Assembly (NCBI GenBank): GCA_051294905.1
Contig: CM119371.1
Coordinates: forward strand, 9,426,001 to 9,490,000
Reading direction: 5' to 3'
Source of the DNA: Botryllus schlosseri
Lineage: Eukaryota
Length of the DNA: 64,000 nucleotides
Position 1 is the stretch's first letter. Every line of letters begins with the position of its first letter. Shown here one piece after another: positions 1 through 13,679 of this stretch. A program made the translations under genes and the position numbers. Below the pieces are notes generated by a model that saw nothing but the letters and a program-made list of their open reading frames with translations, made no database searches and was not told where the DNA came from.

Positions 1-280
1 ATCCTCTGAGTCTGGATCACGAACTGTATCTAGTTAGTGGTTATATTGTTAGAAAGTCGTGGATTTTAAATGTAGTTAGTTTTAGTTCTAGTTGCGAGTT
101 TCAAAGGGTGAGTAGGCTATTTCTAGTTCTAGTTGCGGATTTTAAAAATCAAGTAGTTTGTACAAGTCTAGTAGCCAGCAGTGCACCGACTGCGGCAACG
201 CTATACCTCAAATCAAATACATATTCAAGTACGCTACAATATATGATGCAGTTCTAGCAGTACGGAGCACATTGACGATA

Positions 281-2223
281 TCACGATCCGACCAAAATGT
301 CAAATGGACTGCAGGCAGCAACCTGAGACTCCGTAGAGCACCGATAGTACCAGAGGTCAACATCGTCATTTATAGGTGTATTGGAGTCGTACCACGATAT
401 AACAATATTCCGCCCTTTCATTCGCATTCGACCTACAAAATCATTCATTGCCAAACGAGCAGGAAGTTCTTCTACCCATAAAAACGGGATGAAAAGCACT
501 TGGAGTTTATTACAATTGTTGAAGAGTGTATCTAACACCTGGGATATGTTAGGGACAATCACACTGTCCTCACAATCGCACGCGATAGATAACCACCGCA
601 ATTGCTTGCACCGAGACAAGTGGTTGGGCAAATCTTTCGAGAAATCCAATAGATCATGGCCGAGTTGAAGATTGATGAGATGCGGCATCCACTGCAAACA
701 CTTGGTAAATTCCGTATATTCACAAGCACTATAACGGCAGCCAATGTCAACAAGCACTAACGATCTTAACTTGTGTAGATCCAGAAATATATTTTCCAAT
801 CGTTCAACACCTTCCAACCAAATTCCACGTATAGCCAGGTGCTCAAGTTTCGACAAGTTTGCAATACAGGTTAGATCCTTGGTGTTGATATGGATCCAAG
901 ATTCATCGGAACCTTCCAATTCCAATTTCGTCAAATTCGGAAAGGTGGACACTAAATCGCCGAAAAAAGTGGTTCTTCCACGTGGAAACCTAAACGCCGA
1001 ACATTTAGAGTACGATGATGTGGGGTTCGAATATGATCGATTGCGCATGGTTGCATTAACGCAAATAGCCAAACCCCGTAATTGTTTCAAATTTTTCGTA
1101 GCGTCCAAGAACTTGAATAGATGGAGCGAATAGCCTAGCAGATTCAGATCCACTAAATTCGTGAATGAGCCGAGTCTTTGGTATAGTTTTTGGGGGGCGT
1201 CCGATCTCTGATGAAAAAACCTCCCAATGTCTAAATGGGTCAATTGCGGCATTTTACATTCTAAAAGTATACCAGTGATGGTATTTTTCAAACACTCAAA
1301 TCTAATGTTTTCCACTGATGGAGACAGACAGAGACATTTTAGAGCTGGCAGTGATGAGGGGAAAGACGCCCCATCACATTGACAAGGCCCGAAATTGCCA
1401 CCATCCAAGTCCCAACGGGAAGAGATATAACTACAATCCCATTTAACTTGTTTTTGTTGTCTTTTTGAACGCGATGCAATCCGCAATTTTCCAGCATGTT
1501 CACAGTTTTAATATACCATTGTTGCTGTGGACCTCCCGTAGATACGATATCGTCCGGATATATTGAATACTTGGTTATTTCATGAAGTGTATGCCGTGAT
1601 GGTTCACTTATAAATGAAAGAACCCTCATGTTACGTATTGATACTGAGTGTGATTCCTTATCACAGCAAATCTTGAAGAACTGGTCGAAATAGTTTGCTT
1701 TGTTGGTTCTTCCTTGACCAGCATTAACGAAATCGATGTGAAGAATTTTCAATTGCAGTATCTGATCCTCCACACCGGTAACGAACTCCGACAATGTATT
1801 CCCCGACATTAACAAGCATAGATTTCGAAGGCATGGGGTTCGTCGTAATAAAGCAGTCAACTGGCTGGCGTTGAGGAGGAGACCAGTCAAGTCCAGTGTC
1901 GCAAGATGATTTAGTGCCGGTAGATTTGTGAATAAAGACTTCGAAAACCAAGAGCAATTTCGGAAGCACAGTTGCTTGATGGCATTTTTAGCTTTTGTTA
2001 CCGTTCTTTCACATAATTCATCCGACATAAAGACACAATTGGTGAAATTCAATCTTTGATTCAATCCCGCTTCACCACACAGGTTGTAAAACATTTTGCA
2101 TACTAATTGCACATGCTGTATACGTTGTTCCAGGGGTATATATTTCAATACTTCTCGCCATATCTCCAGAGGAAGCTTTTCCAGATTGAAATTTTCAGAT
2201 ATTGATGGATCAACTTCAGCCAT
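281..2223 (-). CDS. FBXL18: F-box/LRR protein, FBXL18-like; single coding exon split by a frameshift near 1360-1375 (possible pseudogene or null allele)
   Basis: ORF 1339-2223 starts with an F-box (LEKLPLEIWREVLKYIPLEQRIQHVQLVCKMFYNLC) followed by LRR-like segments (IKQLCFRNCSWFS, LATLDLTGLLL). Overlapping ORF 281-1486 continues the LRRs (FPNLTKLELEGS, LHKLRSLVLVDIG, LSRCKQLRWLSI) and ends in SQVA, like the SRVA end of FBXL18 as I recall it. Confidence 0.8.
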
Positions 2224-2232
2224 GTTCTAGAC

Positions 2233-2250
2233 CTATTTTTTGTTAGTGTA
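2233..2250 (-). promoter_or_regulatory. Splice acceptor just upstream of the FBXL18-like ATG (5' UTR intron or trans-splice site)
   Basis: Minus strand reads TACACTAACAAAAAATAG|GTCTAGAACATG: CTAAC branch-point motif and an AG 9 nt before the start codon. Confidence 0.5.
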
Positions 2251-3832
2251 TAAGGGTAATGTTAACCAATTTAAAATTGGGGTGACTCCTTAAATATTTC
2301 AACTGTAATAAATATTGTAAATTATGCTGGAATCAAAATGGCCCTTTGTGTTAAAGCTTCAGCTATCTTCACTGCATTTCCTGGAATTATGACTATCCAA
2401 CAATAATTTTCATTTTCTATGGATGTAAGTCAAACATGTATTATAATAGATCGCAATTATGCGTTTTGGAACATTTGATTATCCCAGCCGTGGCTATCTG
2501 GTAACGATATGGTGCGAACGTGAGGTTCACGTTAGCGTTCAGTGTGTGAACCTCAGAAATTTGCAGGTTCACGTTAGCAAACGAACGTTGGCATGTTCCA
2601 CATCAGACATGGGGTAATCGCGATTAGTAATCGTAATCGATTACGACGATTACAGCATTTTCAAGTAATCGTAATCGCAATCGATTACATTCTAAAGAAA
2701 TCCGAAGTAATCGTAATCGTAATCGACTACTTCCCATATCTAATCGATTTTTTTGTGAAAGAACGATTACGTTTTGTTTGTACAAGGACTATGACATAAA
2801 CTGAATATTCGTGAAGAAGAATGAGATAATATACCACGTTAGCGATAGCACAAACGTCAGTTTTCAAACGCCACTGACTTATTATTACGTCAGAAGTATT
2901 AGCTCCGCTCGTCATTGCGTAACAAGTATCCACACATAGTAAACAGACATGCGATGGACAATTGGACATTGTAGTGTGATCGTAAGAACACATCCCGTGG
3001 CGTATATCAGGTTATCAATACACTACAGACGCCGCTACCTCGCAGCAGGATATTGATCACCACTCTGCCTACAGATTCAAATAGTAACTTATGTATTAAT
3101 GTTTGGCTGTGCTTAGTTAAACGCAGTTTACCATTGCTGCTTGGCGAGTCTGACGAAGATTCGGAATTTTGTACTCGTCGAATAAGACATTGCAGTTTCC
3201 ACAACGAAGCATTACAAATAAACAGCTGCTGATATATATCATAACCGAGCCGTGCTTAGCCGTTTCTCGTTACAGCACCTCGCTGTATATGTATTAAGTT
3301 GAAAGCAGAATTTTTATGTTAACTATATCTTATTCTCATATATAACTACTTGAAACGGGCGTCAATCGTAATTTCACTGTTCGTTACTTAGCATTTAAAC
3401 CTGCCGCCATAACCATCCGCTTATATAGCCTTACATGTTAGCGTGGGTTGTAGCTAGAATCAGCAATTCAGCCAAAACAGCAATTCCCCTGTCCAACCGT
3501 TGGTCAATTTTCAAAACGGAATTTCGTCAATAATATTGGTAATTGCATTATATTACTATTCATTTATAACCTCTCTGAGCCCCGAGTGTCAGATTTACCT
3601 GTAAAGCTGGGGCACGTAATTCATATTCATAGCATCTGGTATGTTGTTATAATTACTGTATGTTGTTTATTCGCGACCTCCAGTCCGTTGTATAATCACA
3701 AGATATTGTACTCGCCCAAACGTAGCAGACTAAAAAGAATATCTTTTGTGAGACGCACACACAAATTGTCATGGCTTTATTCCTTTGTGGATGCGCCGGG
3801 TGACATTTGCATTTTGGGCCCAGATTAGAAGG

Positions 3833-4714
3833 ACTGATTATTGCGACGACCGACGGGTTATCACGTACTCCCGTCGTTTATCCATGTTCAGTTGGATTTC
3901 TTCATTTAGAGTAAGACAATCAGAGCACTGGGCCGGGTTTCCGCCCCTTACCAAGAAAAAAAAACGCTCTCTCGCAGGTACTCACACCAGCTCCTCCAAG
4001 CTAAGTTGCGTTGCTGCAGTGCGCGCAGAAGCGCCAATCTCCGCGTCTAGACTCGGGAATATTAACTATAGATTCCCATTGAGCCGCCGCGTGGGCGAAG
4101 ACAAGCAATGCCCCGAGCGACTGCGTTCGTATGTTCCTTGGCGTCGGCCGACCCATGTTCAACTGCTGCTCATATGAAACGAGCTTCAACTTTCAAATCT
4201 CTCATTTGGATATTTGCTACAGCGCAGTGGTGGCCATACGAACGAAGGGTTTTGGGCGAGACTTTCAGGGGGTCCCCCTATAAGTATCTATCCGTAACTT
4301 ATGGGGGCATCGCCCCCCAGACCCCTCTTTCGCCTCCGTTATTATTATCTATCTATCAAGGTTTGGCCAGGTGCTGGATTCGGCCAGGTCTATTTTTGCA
4401 TGTGTGCAAGGATAGACTACATCAAAACTAAGTAATTCTACCGCATGCAGAGACGTGATGATTATCGGGGTATGGTACTTTTCTAACTAATGCAGAGATT
4501 TGATGATGATTGACACATCTGTAAGGAATCCTATTCTTGCTTTACACGGATTTCCATGTTTATTCGTTATTATCCTTGAAAAAAACGCGTAATCTAAATA
4601 GGGGAGCCCTTCGACCAGCCCCCCCCCCGGCGACCGCCCACCTCGCCCACCCCAAAAGCCACCACTACTACAGCGACCGCGGGCGACTCATTTGGTCCGC
4701 GTTGGTGACCCCTG
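3833..4714 (-). mobile_element. TIR element (CAGGGGTCACCAAC end) filled with 28S rRNA-derived sequence, copy 1; interrupted by 4225-4667
   Basis: Antisense 28S-like tracts GACCCATGTTCAACTGCTG, ATATTTGCTAC, CAGAGCACTGGG, ACTCCCGTCGTTTA; ends in GTTGGTGACCCCTG at 4714; collinear with 18816-19281. Confidence 0.75.
4225..4667. mobile_element. MITE with 8-bp TSD
   Basis: Ends CAGTGGTGGC / GCCACCACTA; TSD CTACAGCG at 4217-4224 and 4668-4675. Confidence 0.8.
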
Positions 4715-4789
4715 TACTACAGACATTTGAATCGCAAGGCTCAAAAAACATTTTCAAGAATTAATTAAATTCTTGAAAATACTCTATAA

Positions 4790-7214
4790 CAGTGGTTCTC
4801 AACCGCCGGTCCGCGGACCGGTGCCGGTCTGCGACGACATTCCTGCCGGTTCGCCAGGTAAATTACAGTTTTATACCTTAATTTCTAGATGCAATGTTGG
4901 AGGCTTGTCCATTGATCAAATAAAAAAATGTCAAATTTTGAACTGATTCAGAACTTCGTGAGGTAACATTAGGGCTGGCAACATGTTCGACTTGACTTGA
5001 AGTTCAAGACGCGTCATTTCACGATACGCGAGCGACAAGTACAAAACAGAGACCAGCTGACTCATCGCTAAACAGCGCAGTTTGCTCGATCATTCGTTTT
5101 CGATTCATTCGTTTGTGCAGAACCCTAACTGGGGTACCCCAAACCTTCCGAGCTTAAAAAGGCGCAAAATCATTTTGAAAATGAACATAAATCATAGCGT
5201 ATTTTTTTTTTACTTTTCCAACATTTTTTAAATTATTTTCGGGCTTTGCGCGACTTAGTAATACTATATGTCTTGGTGCCCGTCTCCAAGAAATAGGCTA
5301 CGCATGATTAATGTGAATAGGCATTTCGGTGTCAGGCATTACCACGCCACGTCTTACCAACATATAATGAAGTTTAGGCTAACATGGGACTCAGAATGGT
5401 GTGCCAAAATTCGGTAGCGAGAAAACCGATTCAGTCATGAATGATCGAAAATTTTCGCTATTGCTGCGATTAAGCTACATAAACTCTCTGCCTTCACCAG
5501 TGGTTCTTAACCTTTTTTTCTCCAGCGCCCCCTTCCAAAAACTGTCTGGGTCTGGGCGCCCCCTATTTTAAATACCGTACTAAAAAACAATGGAAGTGGT
5601 CGAAGTCCGGTAGGTCTTTTCGGGTTTGGACTTTACTATTTGAAATATTTCGCGGTTGAATCGCGCCTGAGGACCAATCGAGTAATTAACGAACTTGTAT
5701 ATGTGCTATATTCGGGATCAAATCAAAGTTGTTATTCATAACGACATTCGGGTAGGTCTACCGGTTCATACCATCTGGTTCGAGCCCGATCTACACATCC
5801 CAATTTCACTTCTGCGATTGGCACTATACGGGAAGTTGATTGTATTGGTTTTTATTTCATTGTTTTGTGTTACTAGCAAATCAACTGAGAATGTGACGCT
5901 TTTCTCACATTGAATTAGTACTTCACCCAGCTCTTAGCTTCAAGATGAATGTATTCCAAACAAAGTTAACCATATCATATAACGCTCATGCGCGTTGTGG
6001 GTGACAAAACTAAACAGTAGTATCATTTATGATACGATGAAAAAAAATATATTTCCGAAATAACTTTGTAGCTCTTAAATACAATTATATTTCGATAATC
6101 ATTTTGGCCGGAAAGCTCCAAATCATCTTTAATGTACAAAGGGCATCACTCTCAAAAGTAGTAGCGTACAGCAGTGCCATCTGAACTGTTTCGACACAAT
6201 ATGCGCTGCAGGATACAATAAGTAAAGTTCGAAACATTTTATGGGAAATATATCGAGCTAGCGTGACGGGAGTGTTTTAACGGAGAATTGGATATTCAAA
6301 AGTACTCGCAATTTATTTTACACGAATTATACTAAACCAGTGCATGGAACCAGCGTAAGTCATTGTAATTTGTAATGAGACCTCAGGGATATATAGGACT
6401 CTTGTTCTACTATATAATCATATGCCCCTACTACACGATCTACTGCGACGCCTTTTTTCGTCAGCGCCGCCGTACCGCCCCCTGAGCCCAGCGCTCCCAT
6501 GTCACCCCCGTGGCGTTTCCGCTCCCTTTAAAATCCAAATAGCCCCTGGGGCGCTGGAGATAAGGTTAAGAACCACTGGCTTTCACAGAGTAGAATGAAT
6601 GCATGCTCACAAGTACAGGTTAAAATATCCACACAACTGTGGGGTTCGGGGGCGGATCTCCAGGTAGTTTGGCTTATCGCACTGTGGGGATCAAGACCAA
6701 CGTTGTTTGAGGTGGGATGATGATGAGATTTTTGGGCCCGGATTTGCGGATCACCAAGATAGCTGTTGTAAGGTGTATTCGTGCGGCGCGTTGTATTCGT
6801 AGTTTCCAGAGTAGTAGCGTCTGGTGGTTGTGGGTAATGAGTAAGGTATCACGGTAAGGTGCTTGGTTCGACTCCGAAACGCTTCTTCTATCGATATTGT
6901 CAGACAGAAGAATGTTATTCCAGTTGGCGTGGTCGGTTAAATCCATGGCCGTCGGCGCGAAAGACCGTAAACGACTCTGGGCATTAGCATGTTTATTTGC
7001 GGACAAGGCAATTTTATCTCGATTCAGCAGACTCAGTACCATAAAATCACATGGATACTATCATGAAGATAATTAAAATTACGATCAAACCCTCTAAATG
7101 CCACTCTCTAGCACCATATAGTTGACAATAATAGTTGCGTACTTAACATTTTGGCTGCATTTCAATTTTTGAAAGTTCACCGGTCCGCGAGGCGATAAAG
7201 GTTGAGAACCACTG
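4790..7214. mobile_element. hAT (Buster/Charlie-type) non-autonomous element
   Basis: TIRs CAGTGGTTCTCAACC / GGTTGAGAACCACTG; perfect TSD CTCTATAA. Confidence 0.9.
5498..6578. mobile_element. hAT-type MITE nested in 4790-7214
   Basis: TIRs CAGTGGTTCTTAACC / GGTTAAGAACCACTG; TSD GCCTTCAC / GCTTTCAC. Confidence 0.85.
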
Positions 7215-8757
7215 CTCTATAATATATGTTGGTTTTCGAAATACTTTTGAGTCCCCTTCGAGCACGCTCCCCACTCTATTAAGGAGTTTGGGGTGCGGCA
7301 GGTAAAGACCTGGCAATAATGCAAATCGTTGGATGCGATAAATCATCCACTATAAAGTTGGGCAATTGATATATCATGACGTAATTACCACATGACGCAT
7401 GATGTATGAAGAAAGTTGATATCTCATTGAGCCTTTTCATCGCAATCCTTGAATTGTCTTCCCATATATCATTTAAGATTATAGTCCTAAGCAAAACAAA
7501 TGTAATCGTGAGTAATCGTGATTACTTTTTCAATGTAATCGTAATCGACTACTGCCTGATTTTGCTGTAATCGTAATCGTAATCGCGTGATTCCGAAGTA
7601 ATCGTAATCGCAATCGATTACATTCATAAAGTAATCACCCCATGTCTGTTCCACATTGCGAACATTTTTCATATATTGCAATTTTCCACATCAATATAAC
7701 ATCAAGTCTTTCCATTTCAAATTCAGACGCTGTCAACATGAAAAAATAAGCACTAAACGAGCATGTACTTTGTTAGAAAAAGTTTGCTCGAAATATTCAG
7801 CTTCCCGTTTGTGAATATTTATTGGCTCTTATTGCTATGAGCTTGACCCGCAATCGCACATCAAGAAGTACTAAATACACTTCATGTAGCTAGTCGGTAA
7901 ATTGTGCGTCCTTATCCAATCAATTACACTGGTAAACAAAATGAAAAATGAAAAATTTGCTAGATCATCTGAGAACCGTTTTAGGGGTTTTCGAGGTTAC
8001 TTATTACGAATATCCCATTAGTTTTGCCAGATTGGTTCTTGTTCTGAAGATATTTATACCCCTAAAAAGCCATAAATTAGTGTATTTAGCCATGAATATT
8101 TGACTTGGTAGGAAAATAAATCGTAGTTTTTCCTAATTTTATAATGCGCATATATAGATAATTGACTATGATGAACATTCATGTTGTTCTCAGGTAATCT
8201 ATCAATATTAGCATGACCTGATGCGAAATATTTGCTTGTCAAAAAAGCTGTTTGTCGAACCCAACGATTATACTTTTGCACAACGGAAATACACATTCCC
8301 CTGTATCAATTGGTCATCCTATCAAGATTAAAGCGAAGTATAAAGCTATAAAATTTGTCCTTGAAAGGCTTAACTACAATACTCATATGTGTCTCGATTC
8401 GTTTGACTGGTAAATGGATATTTCTCGCTGAGTCTACAGAGTGGGTATACCTAGTATCCCTTTCAAACGAGAAGCTTAAATCTGGTATCTTTGATAGATT
8501 TCAGATTCCAATACGGATAAAAGATTCCAATTTCATGTTAGGAAGGAGTTCACTGCATGGAGTTTCTCCTAAGATATAGCAAATAAAACTTTTTAGACGA
8601 TCACAAAGCACACAACTACAAACAGCCAAGCCGCAAATTCGTATCTGCATATGGAAAACTTGGAACAAACACAGGCATAAAAGTTCACTTCCTGTTCAGT
8701 CATATTGATATATTTACTGAGCATCGTCTTGACTAGCAAGGGTAGAGGTTCCATGTA

Positions 8758-9650
8758 AGTAGTATAGGAGATCGCTAGTGGTGTGACATTGTGGCTAATG
8801 GGTGCGGCGGTGATTCGTAGTGGAAACTCATGGTGGTGGAGTCGTACTTTCAGACCGCCCTCTCGGCGGTGATTCGTAATGGTTTCTTATGGGCGCGTTG
8901 GTGTGTCGTACTTTCAGCTATAGGCTGCGGCGGTGCGTCGTATTGAAAACTCGTGTTGGTGAGTCGTACTTTGAGGTGTAGGCTGCATTGGTGTGTCGTA
9001 TTGAAAAACGAGACTCTTTGTGAGTCGTACTTTCGGGTATAGGCTGTGGTGATGAGGTGGAGATGAATATCAAGTATATGGATCACGTGATTGATCCTTA
9101 CTTAATGTGTACATCACTGATTATTACATATGACCGATTCGAGGTAATCCTAACGTTTACGGCGAGTGTAACACCAATTTATCCTTATTCTTATGGACGC
9201 GGCGACTTGTCGTATTTTCAGCAAAAAGGTGTGAAATAGTTCGATAAATCTAAGAATTACTCGCATGGTAATATTTTGGTAATTAATTGGTCACAGAGCC
9301 GGCGTAGACGGCGATTCCAATACCAACAAACAATAACCGCGCACGGAAACTAACACTTCAAAACGGTGTGAAATAATTGTAAGATGCTACGATCGCTCGC
9401 AAGATAACACCTTAGACATAACCACCTCTCGTGACTTTTTTTTACATGTATATGTACACGTATGTATGTCGCAGAACTGGATTTCACTGGTAAGATTTAA
9501 TAAGTAACGAATAACAGAACCGTCGCAGACGCTCATTCGAATACTGACAAATTATCACTTATTTCTGCTCTAACCCTAATCCTTTGCGATGTTAGCGCTT
9601 ATTCAAAAAGATGTGAAATAATTGACTTTAATACGTCTGCGATATACTTG
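8758..9650 (+). mobile_element. Diverged, truncated Polinton/Maverick-family terminus related to 41928-56155 (right boundary approximate)
   Basis: Starts AGTAGTATAGGAGATCGCTAGTGGTGTGACATT versus AGTAGTATAGTAGATCTCTCGTGATGCGCCATT; shares GTCGTACTTTCGGGTATAGG-type repeats; 9265-9425 matches 42815-43015. Confidence 0.75.
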
Positions 9651-11278
9651 AATACATCGATCGTGATTGTGTTTATTAGATTCACGAATTGAGACGATGA
9701 TAATACTGTTTCTAAAATGTTTGCTTTACAACTCTTTCGGAAGTTCGTTACAACTCATTCGTAATGAATTTCTGAATACAAATACTAAAAACACAAGTTG
9801 AAGACGGATGATTTGTTTTTAATAAACTAAAAAAGTACTTTCGTTTTCGTATTGGACTTGCGTTCTGATATTGATAGATGTGTTGAGTAATATGCCCAGT
9901 TTATAAAAATCTCGGTAATGTTTTTGGTACCTTAAGTTGGGCGATCAATTATAACCCCAGGAATATATGGTTGCATCACCAATAGGAGTGGTTTTGGGAG
10001 CCTCTTTGGGCGGTAAATACAAGTTGTGAAGGGTGGCTTTCTCCCTGGTACCCGACTTTTCTAATATCGGTCACTCAATCACTACAAGCTATATACGATA
10101 CACAAACACAGTCTTTCCTTGGCTGACTGAGCCAGGTATTATCACACGATTCATGAGCAAGAATTATCTATTTGTTTGCATTGGTTAGGAACTCAATTAA
10201 AAATTGGAAGTATTATTGTTATCAAAAGTCCTTCAGCGTTTGTTCTCAAGTCGTACCATGTGCGAAACTGTTTTAAAGTCCACGAATGAATCTTTTAAGA
10301 ATATTGATACTTGATTATAATAATATTATTCGTCACTCTTCTTTCAGCCCCGTGATCAGATTTGCCGGTATCATGTCATGCAGAAATGCCGGTTAATAAT
10401 GGCTCCGCACATGCCGGAAGACTAAAATGTGGCCACCAATTTTGGCTCAATTATAAACATTAGATGTAAAGCTATAGGAATTCGATCATTTTGAAATTAT
10501 TCATATTTATTCAAAATATTTTTTTTTCAAATCTTACTGTCTACTTCATGAAAATGTTTTGAGTTGTCTGCAAAAACTATCCAAACTAATTTAACGCGAT
10601 TCCAATCCGTAGAAACAAAGTTATTTGCGTTTTTCATAAATAATTCTGAGATTACCCACCTTCAACGTTATTCTTGCAAATCCAAAATTTTCAACTGCAA
10701 TAACTTCGCTTCTACAAGCTGGAAGTGAACAAAAATTGTTGTAATCGTTATATTTAGACACTTTTTAAAAAATTTATATTAAATTCGAAATTTTTAAACT
10801 CCAAAAGCATTCCATGTGCCATAGTTGGAATTGAGCCAATTTTATAGTGCAACATTTTCAATTCCACCCAACATTTTTATGTAATAGCCGCAAATAGTTA
10901 AAAAAAATTATATCAGAACAAGCCTACCCAACGGCCTCAGGGCGATAATGGGAATATAATTTTTTCACAATTGCGAAAATGGTTAGAATCATCTTTGTAT
11001 AAGCTTAAAAAATTTTTCGCGCTGCGAGCGTTTCAATGCGACTTGGTTTTTCGATTTTGATATAGTATAGCGCCCTTTGCAATCGGAGCCCCACAGTACA
11101 GATGCGAACATCACAGGAAAATGATGCTCACCATATAAAGATACCAACTCGGAATCGTATGCTCCTCACGAAAGAAATTTGTTTCTGGTACGTTTTAGTG
11201 TTTCCAATATCTTTCCACTATACCGACAATCCTGATGGGAAATCAATAAATAACAGCATGCGACTAAGTGACTAATAA

Positions 11279-11622
11279 TAGGCTTACCATGCGTCCTCTT
11301 TTAAGAGGATTTGTCCTCTTTTTTGACTTTTTTGAAAGTGTCCTCGGAGGACGCCCTTTTGTCCTCTTTTTTGAGATTTTGTCCTCTTTTTTGAAAATTT
11401 AGGTCAGATTTAGAGCAAATTGCGAGTGATATGCCGCAAATTAGCACAGAAGTGACGCTGCGGCGGATATTTCGGAGTGCAAAACGGTGAAAATTTAGCT
11501 CTGCGCGAAAAGATGACCTTAGGAGAAATTCACCGGTTTTTGAGAATTCTACTCCGGTTTTGCATCTTGCAAATTTCTGAAAAAGTGTCCTCTTTTTACA
11601 TTTTCAAAATATGGTAAGCCTA
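11279..11622. mobile_element. hAT-type MITE with TGTCCTC subterminal repeats
   Basis: TIRs TAGGCTTACCAT / ATGGTAAGCCTA; perfect TSD ACTAATAA. Confidence 0.88.
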
Positions 11623-12869
11623 ACTAATAACAATTGGGCCACTCAAAGATGTACCATGATTTATAACTTCAACAGTCAACGCAACGACTTGTACTCGAAT
11701 TCAAGTCATAATACCACGACTTGGACTCGAATCTCTGCACTCTGACTTGAACTCGGACTTGACTCGGTGGAGACTTGAAAATGACACGACTTGACTCCGG
11801 TCAAAACCATAAAAGTGAGATTTGACTTGTGACTCCGAGACTTGTGACATGGTTACAACCCTGACATAGATATTTGGCGTCCAGCTAGCTCATTACGACT
11901 ATAAACCGGAATTCGGCCGTAGGTTACATTAGTAATAGTAGTGCGGCCGTGAATAGCCACCCCTGCCCTTCAAGGTTACTATTGTGTGGGTTTCCAGATA
12001 TATCATAATAGTTTCATTTCGTTGCTGTTAGCCTGGTTCGTCATATGGCATTCACGGGCATGTTCAATATAATCAAAACTGCGTCAAAACGACCGAACTC
12101 TGTCGATATTTCGAATTCACCTCACCGCATTTATTGACCTTCACTGACTCATGAGTTCGCTTGAAGTAATATTGATTTAGCAATATGAATATATGTCTCC
12201 TGAAATAATGAGGCAAACAACACTAAAGCTTCTTGCCAACTTCATAATGTCGCATTTAGCTCTTGAGCCCACATCAATATGCGCTTGATGCCCACTAATA
12301 GGCTATGGTCCAACGGTGGAAAAACCCTGTTCAGAGTTAGAATCTAACTAGACTCTAGTGTAGGCTCTCTAATGGAAGCTACTCCTAATTGACCTGCTTT
12401 CTGCACGCTCACCTAACTGGGTGGTCTAGCTCCAGCATAAAATTGATGCGACCGAACTGGAAAGCAATCAATCGATACTCCACTAGAATGACTGATTTCG
12501 CTGCGCAACAGCTTGTGGAGATCAATTCGTCAATAAACGTGAGAGGTAATGAACGAGCAATGGCGAGGTCAACTGTCTTTTATGCTCTATGTTTTTGTAC
12601 TAATCCTATTGTGAAATGAGATCGGAACGATAGATATAGGCTTAGGCATATGGGATGCAATCGCCTTGGGGGCACTATGGAACAGTCTTATTGATCAAGT
12701 TCGAAGGATAGGGAAAAGGGCCGTTTATTGTCTTATGCAGCATTGCGGTGCTTTGGAGACGGAGATGTTCTACTACGTTACGTTACGCACAGGAATATCT
12801 AGAACTAAGGTTCAAGCTCTAGACATTCATGCTTGGTATCACCAGTGGCTTGGCAAATGATTATTATCA

Positions 12870-13110
12870 GTTTTTGTTTGTTTGTTTGATATTCATGTAG
12901 TTTTGAGTACATTGGTCATTTTGCACCAGGCCGATATTCTTTATTTTTGATTCCGCATTAACCGACTTGTAGCGCGGCCCACTTCCAGTCTTTTATAAGA
13001 CACCGCTTGCGCGGATCACGTGGCCAGAAGGAGCCTAGATAAACCTCAATTACTTAGGTAGGAATTCTTTGAGTCGACCTAGGTCGGACTCGAACCCACA
13101 ATCCATTGGT
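12870..13110 (-). mobile_element. tRNA-derived SINE (family 1), 5'-truncated
   Basis: B-box GGTTCGAGTCC on minus; body and (CAAA)n tail match 21220-21507. Confidence 0.8.
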
Positions 13111-13125
13111 GCTATATCGATGTTG

Positions 13126-13640
13126 GTGGGCGTTATAAAATTAAATTTCCCATATATTTCTTTATCATGCCGTTGAAAATTTCAATTTGTTGTCGGAGGT
13201 TATTCTGGGCTTATCTTCCCCGGCGTCGCTGTTCTCATGGCGACAAAAAGACCCGGAAAAAGACCCGATGAAAGGGCGCACTCACATGGAATGGAAAGAG
13301 CAAGAAAGAGCCGCGGAATAGACACTAACATAACATCGAAAAAGGAACTGTGTCATCGGGCACTGGGCCGAATTGGATGCAAATTTAAGAAAACTCTACC
13401 CACAACTGGCCGTTCGGTATCCTCCTATCTGTTCATTACATCGCATTGTGTCTTATCGCATTGGATATTGTGTGTGTCTTGTTTAGATCAAAATATAATT
13501 GGACCATTATTGAATATTGTATTAATTGTTCCGAAGTATAAATCATGCACTTTTAGCGAAAACTGTGTGTATTCACACCGAAAAGGTGGTTCACGTAAAA
13601 AGATCCTCTCTCAGAGTTTTATCACAGTTGATGCTAGATG
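13126..13640. repeat. Dispersed repeat family, also at about 39480-40980 (split) and 56370-57610 (pieces); probably a DNA transposon remnant
   Basis: Shared blocks GTGGGCGTTATAAAA, TCCTCCTATCTGTTCAT..CATCGCATT.TGTCTTATCGCATTG and GTGTGTATTCACACC. Confidence 0.6.
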
Positions 13641-13679
13641 TGGTGTCTGCGGTGGGACTTCAGTAATTTACGAAAGCTC

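Larger units (their letters stand above)
2604..7648. mobile_element. hAT-type non-autonomous element with (GTAATC)n subterminal repeats, enlarged by nested insertions
   Basis: TIRs CAGACATGGGGT / ACCCCATGTCTG; perfect 8-bp TSD TTCCACAT (2596-2603, 7649-7656). It interrupts a copy of the GGTGCGAAC-type MITE (about 2510-2590, resuming about 7650-7870). Confidence 0.88.

Noticed and set aside
3833..4220. Functional rRNA gene
   Set aside because: Short, diverged, discontinuous 28S pieces inside a TIR element.
4750..4780. 13-bp perfect hairpin ATTTTCAAGAATT/AATTCTTGAAAAT
   Set aside because: Short, AT-rich and between transposon ends; no supportable function.
6674..7042. 122-aa ORF as a gene or integrase fragment
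   Set aside because: Only a vague resemblance to an LTR integrase C-terminus; lies inside nested MITEs.
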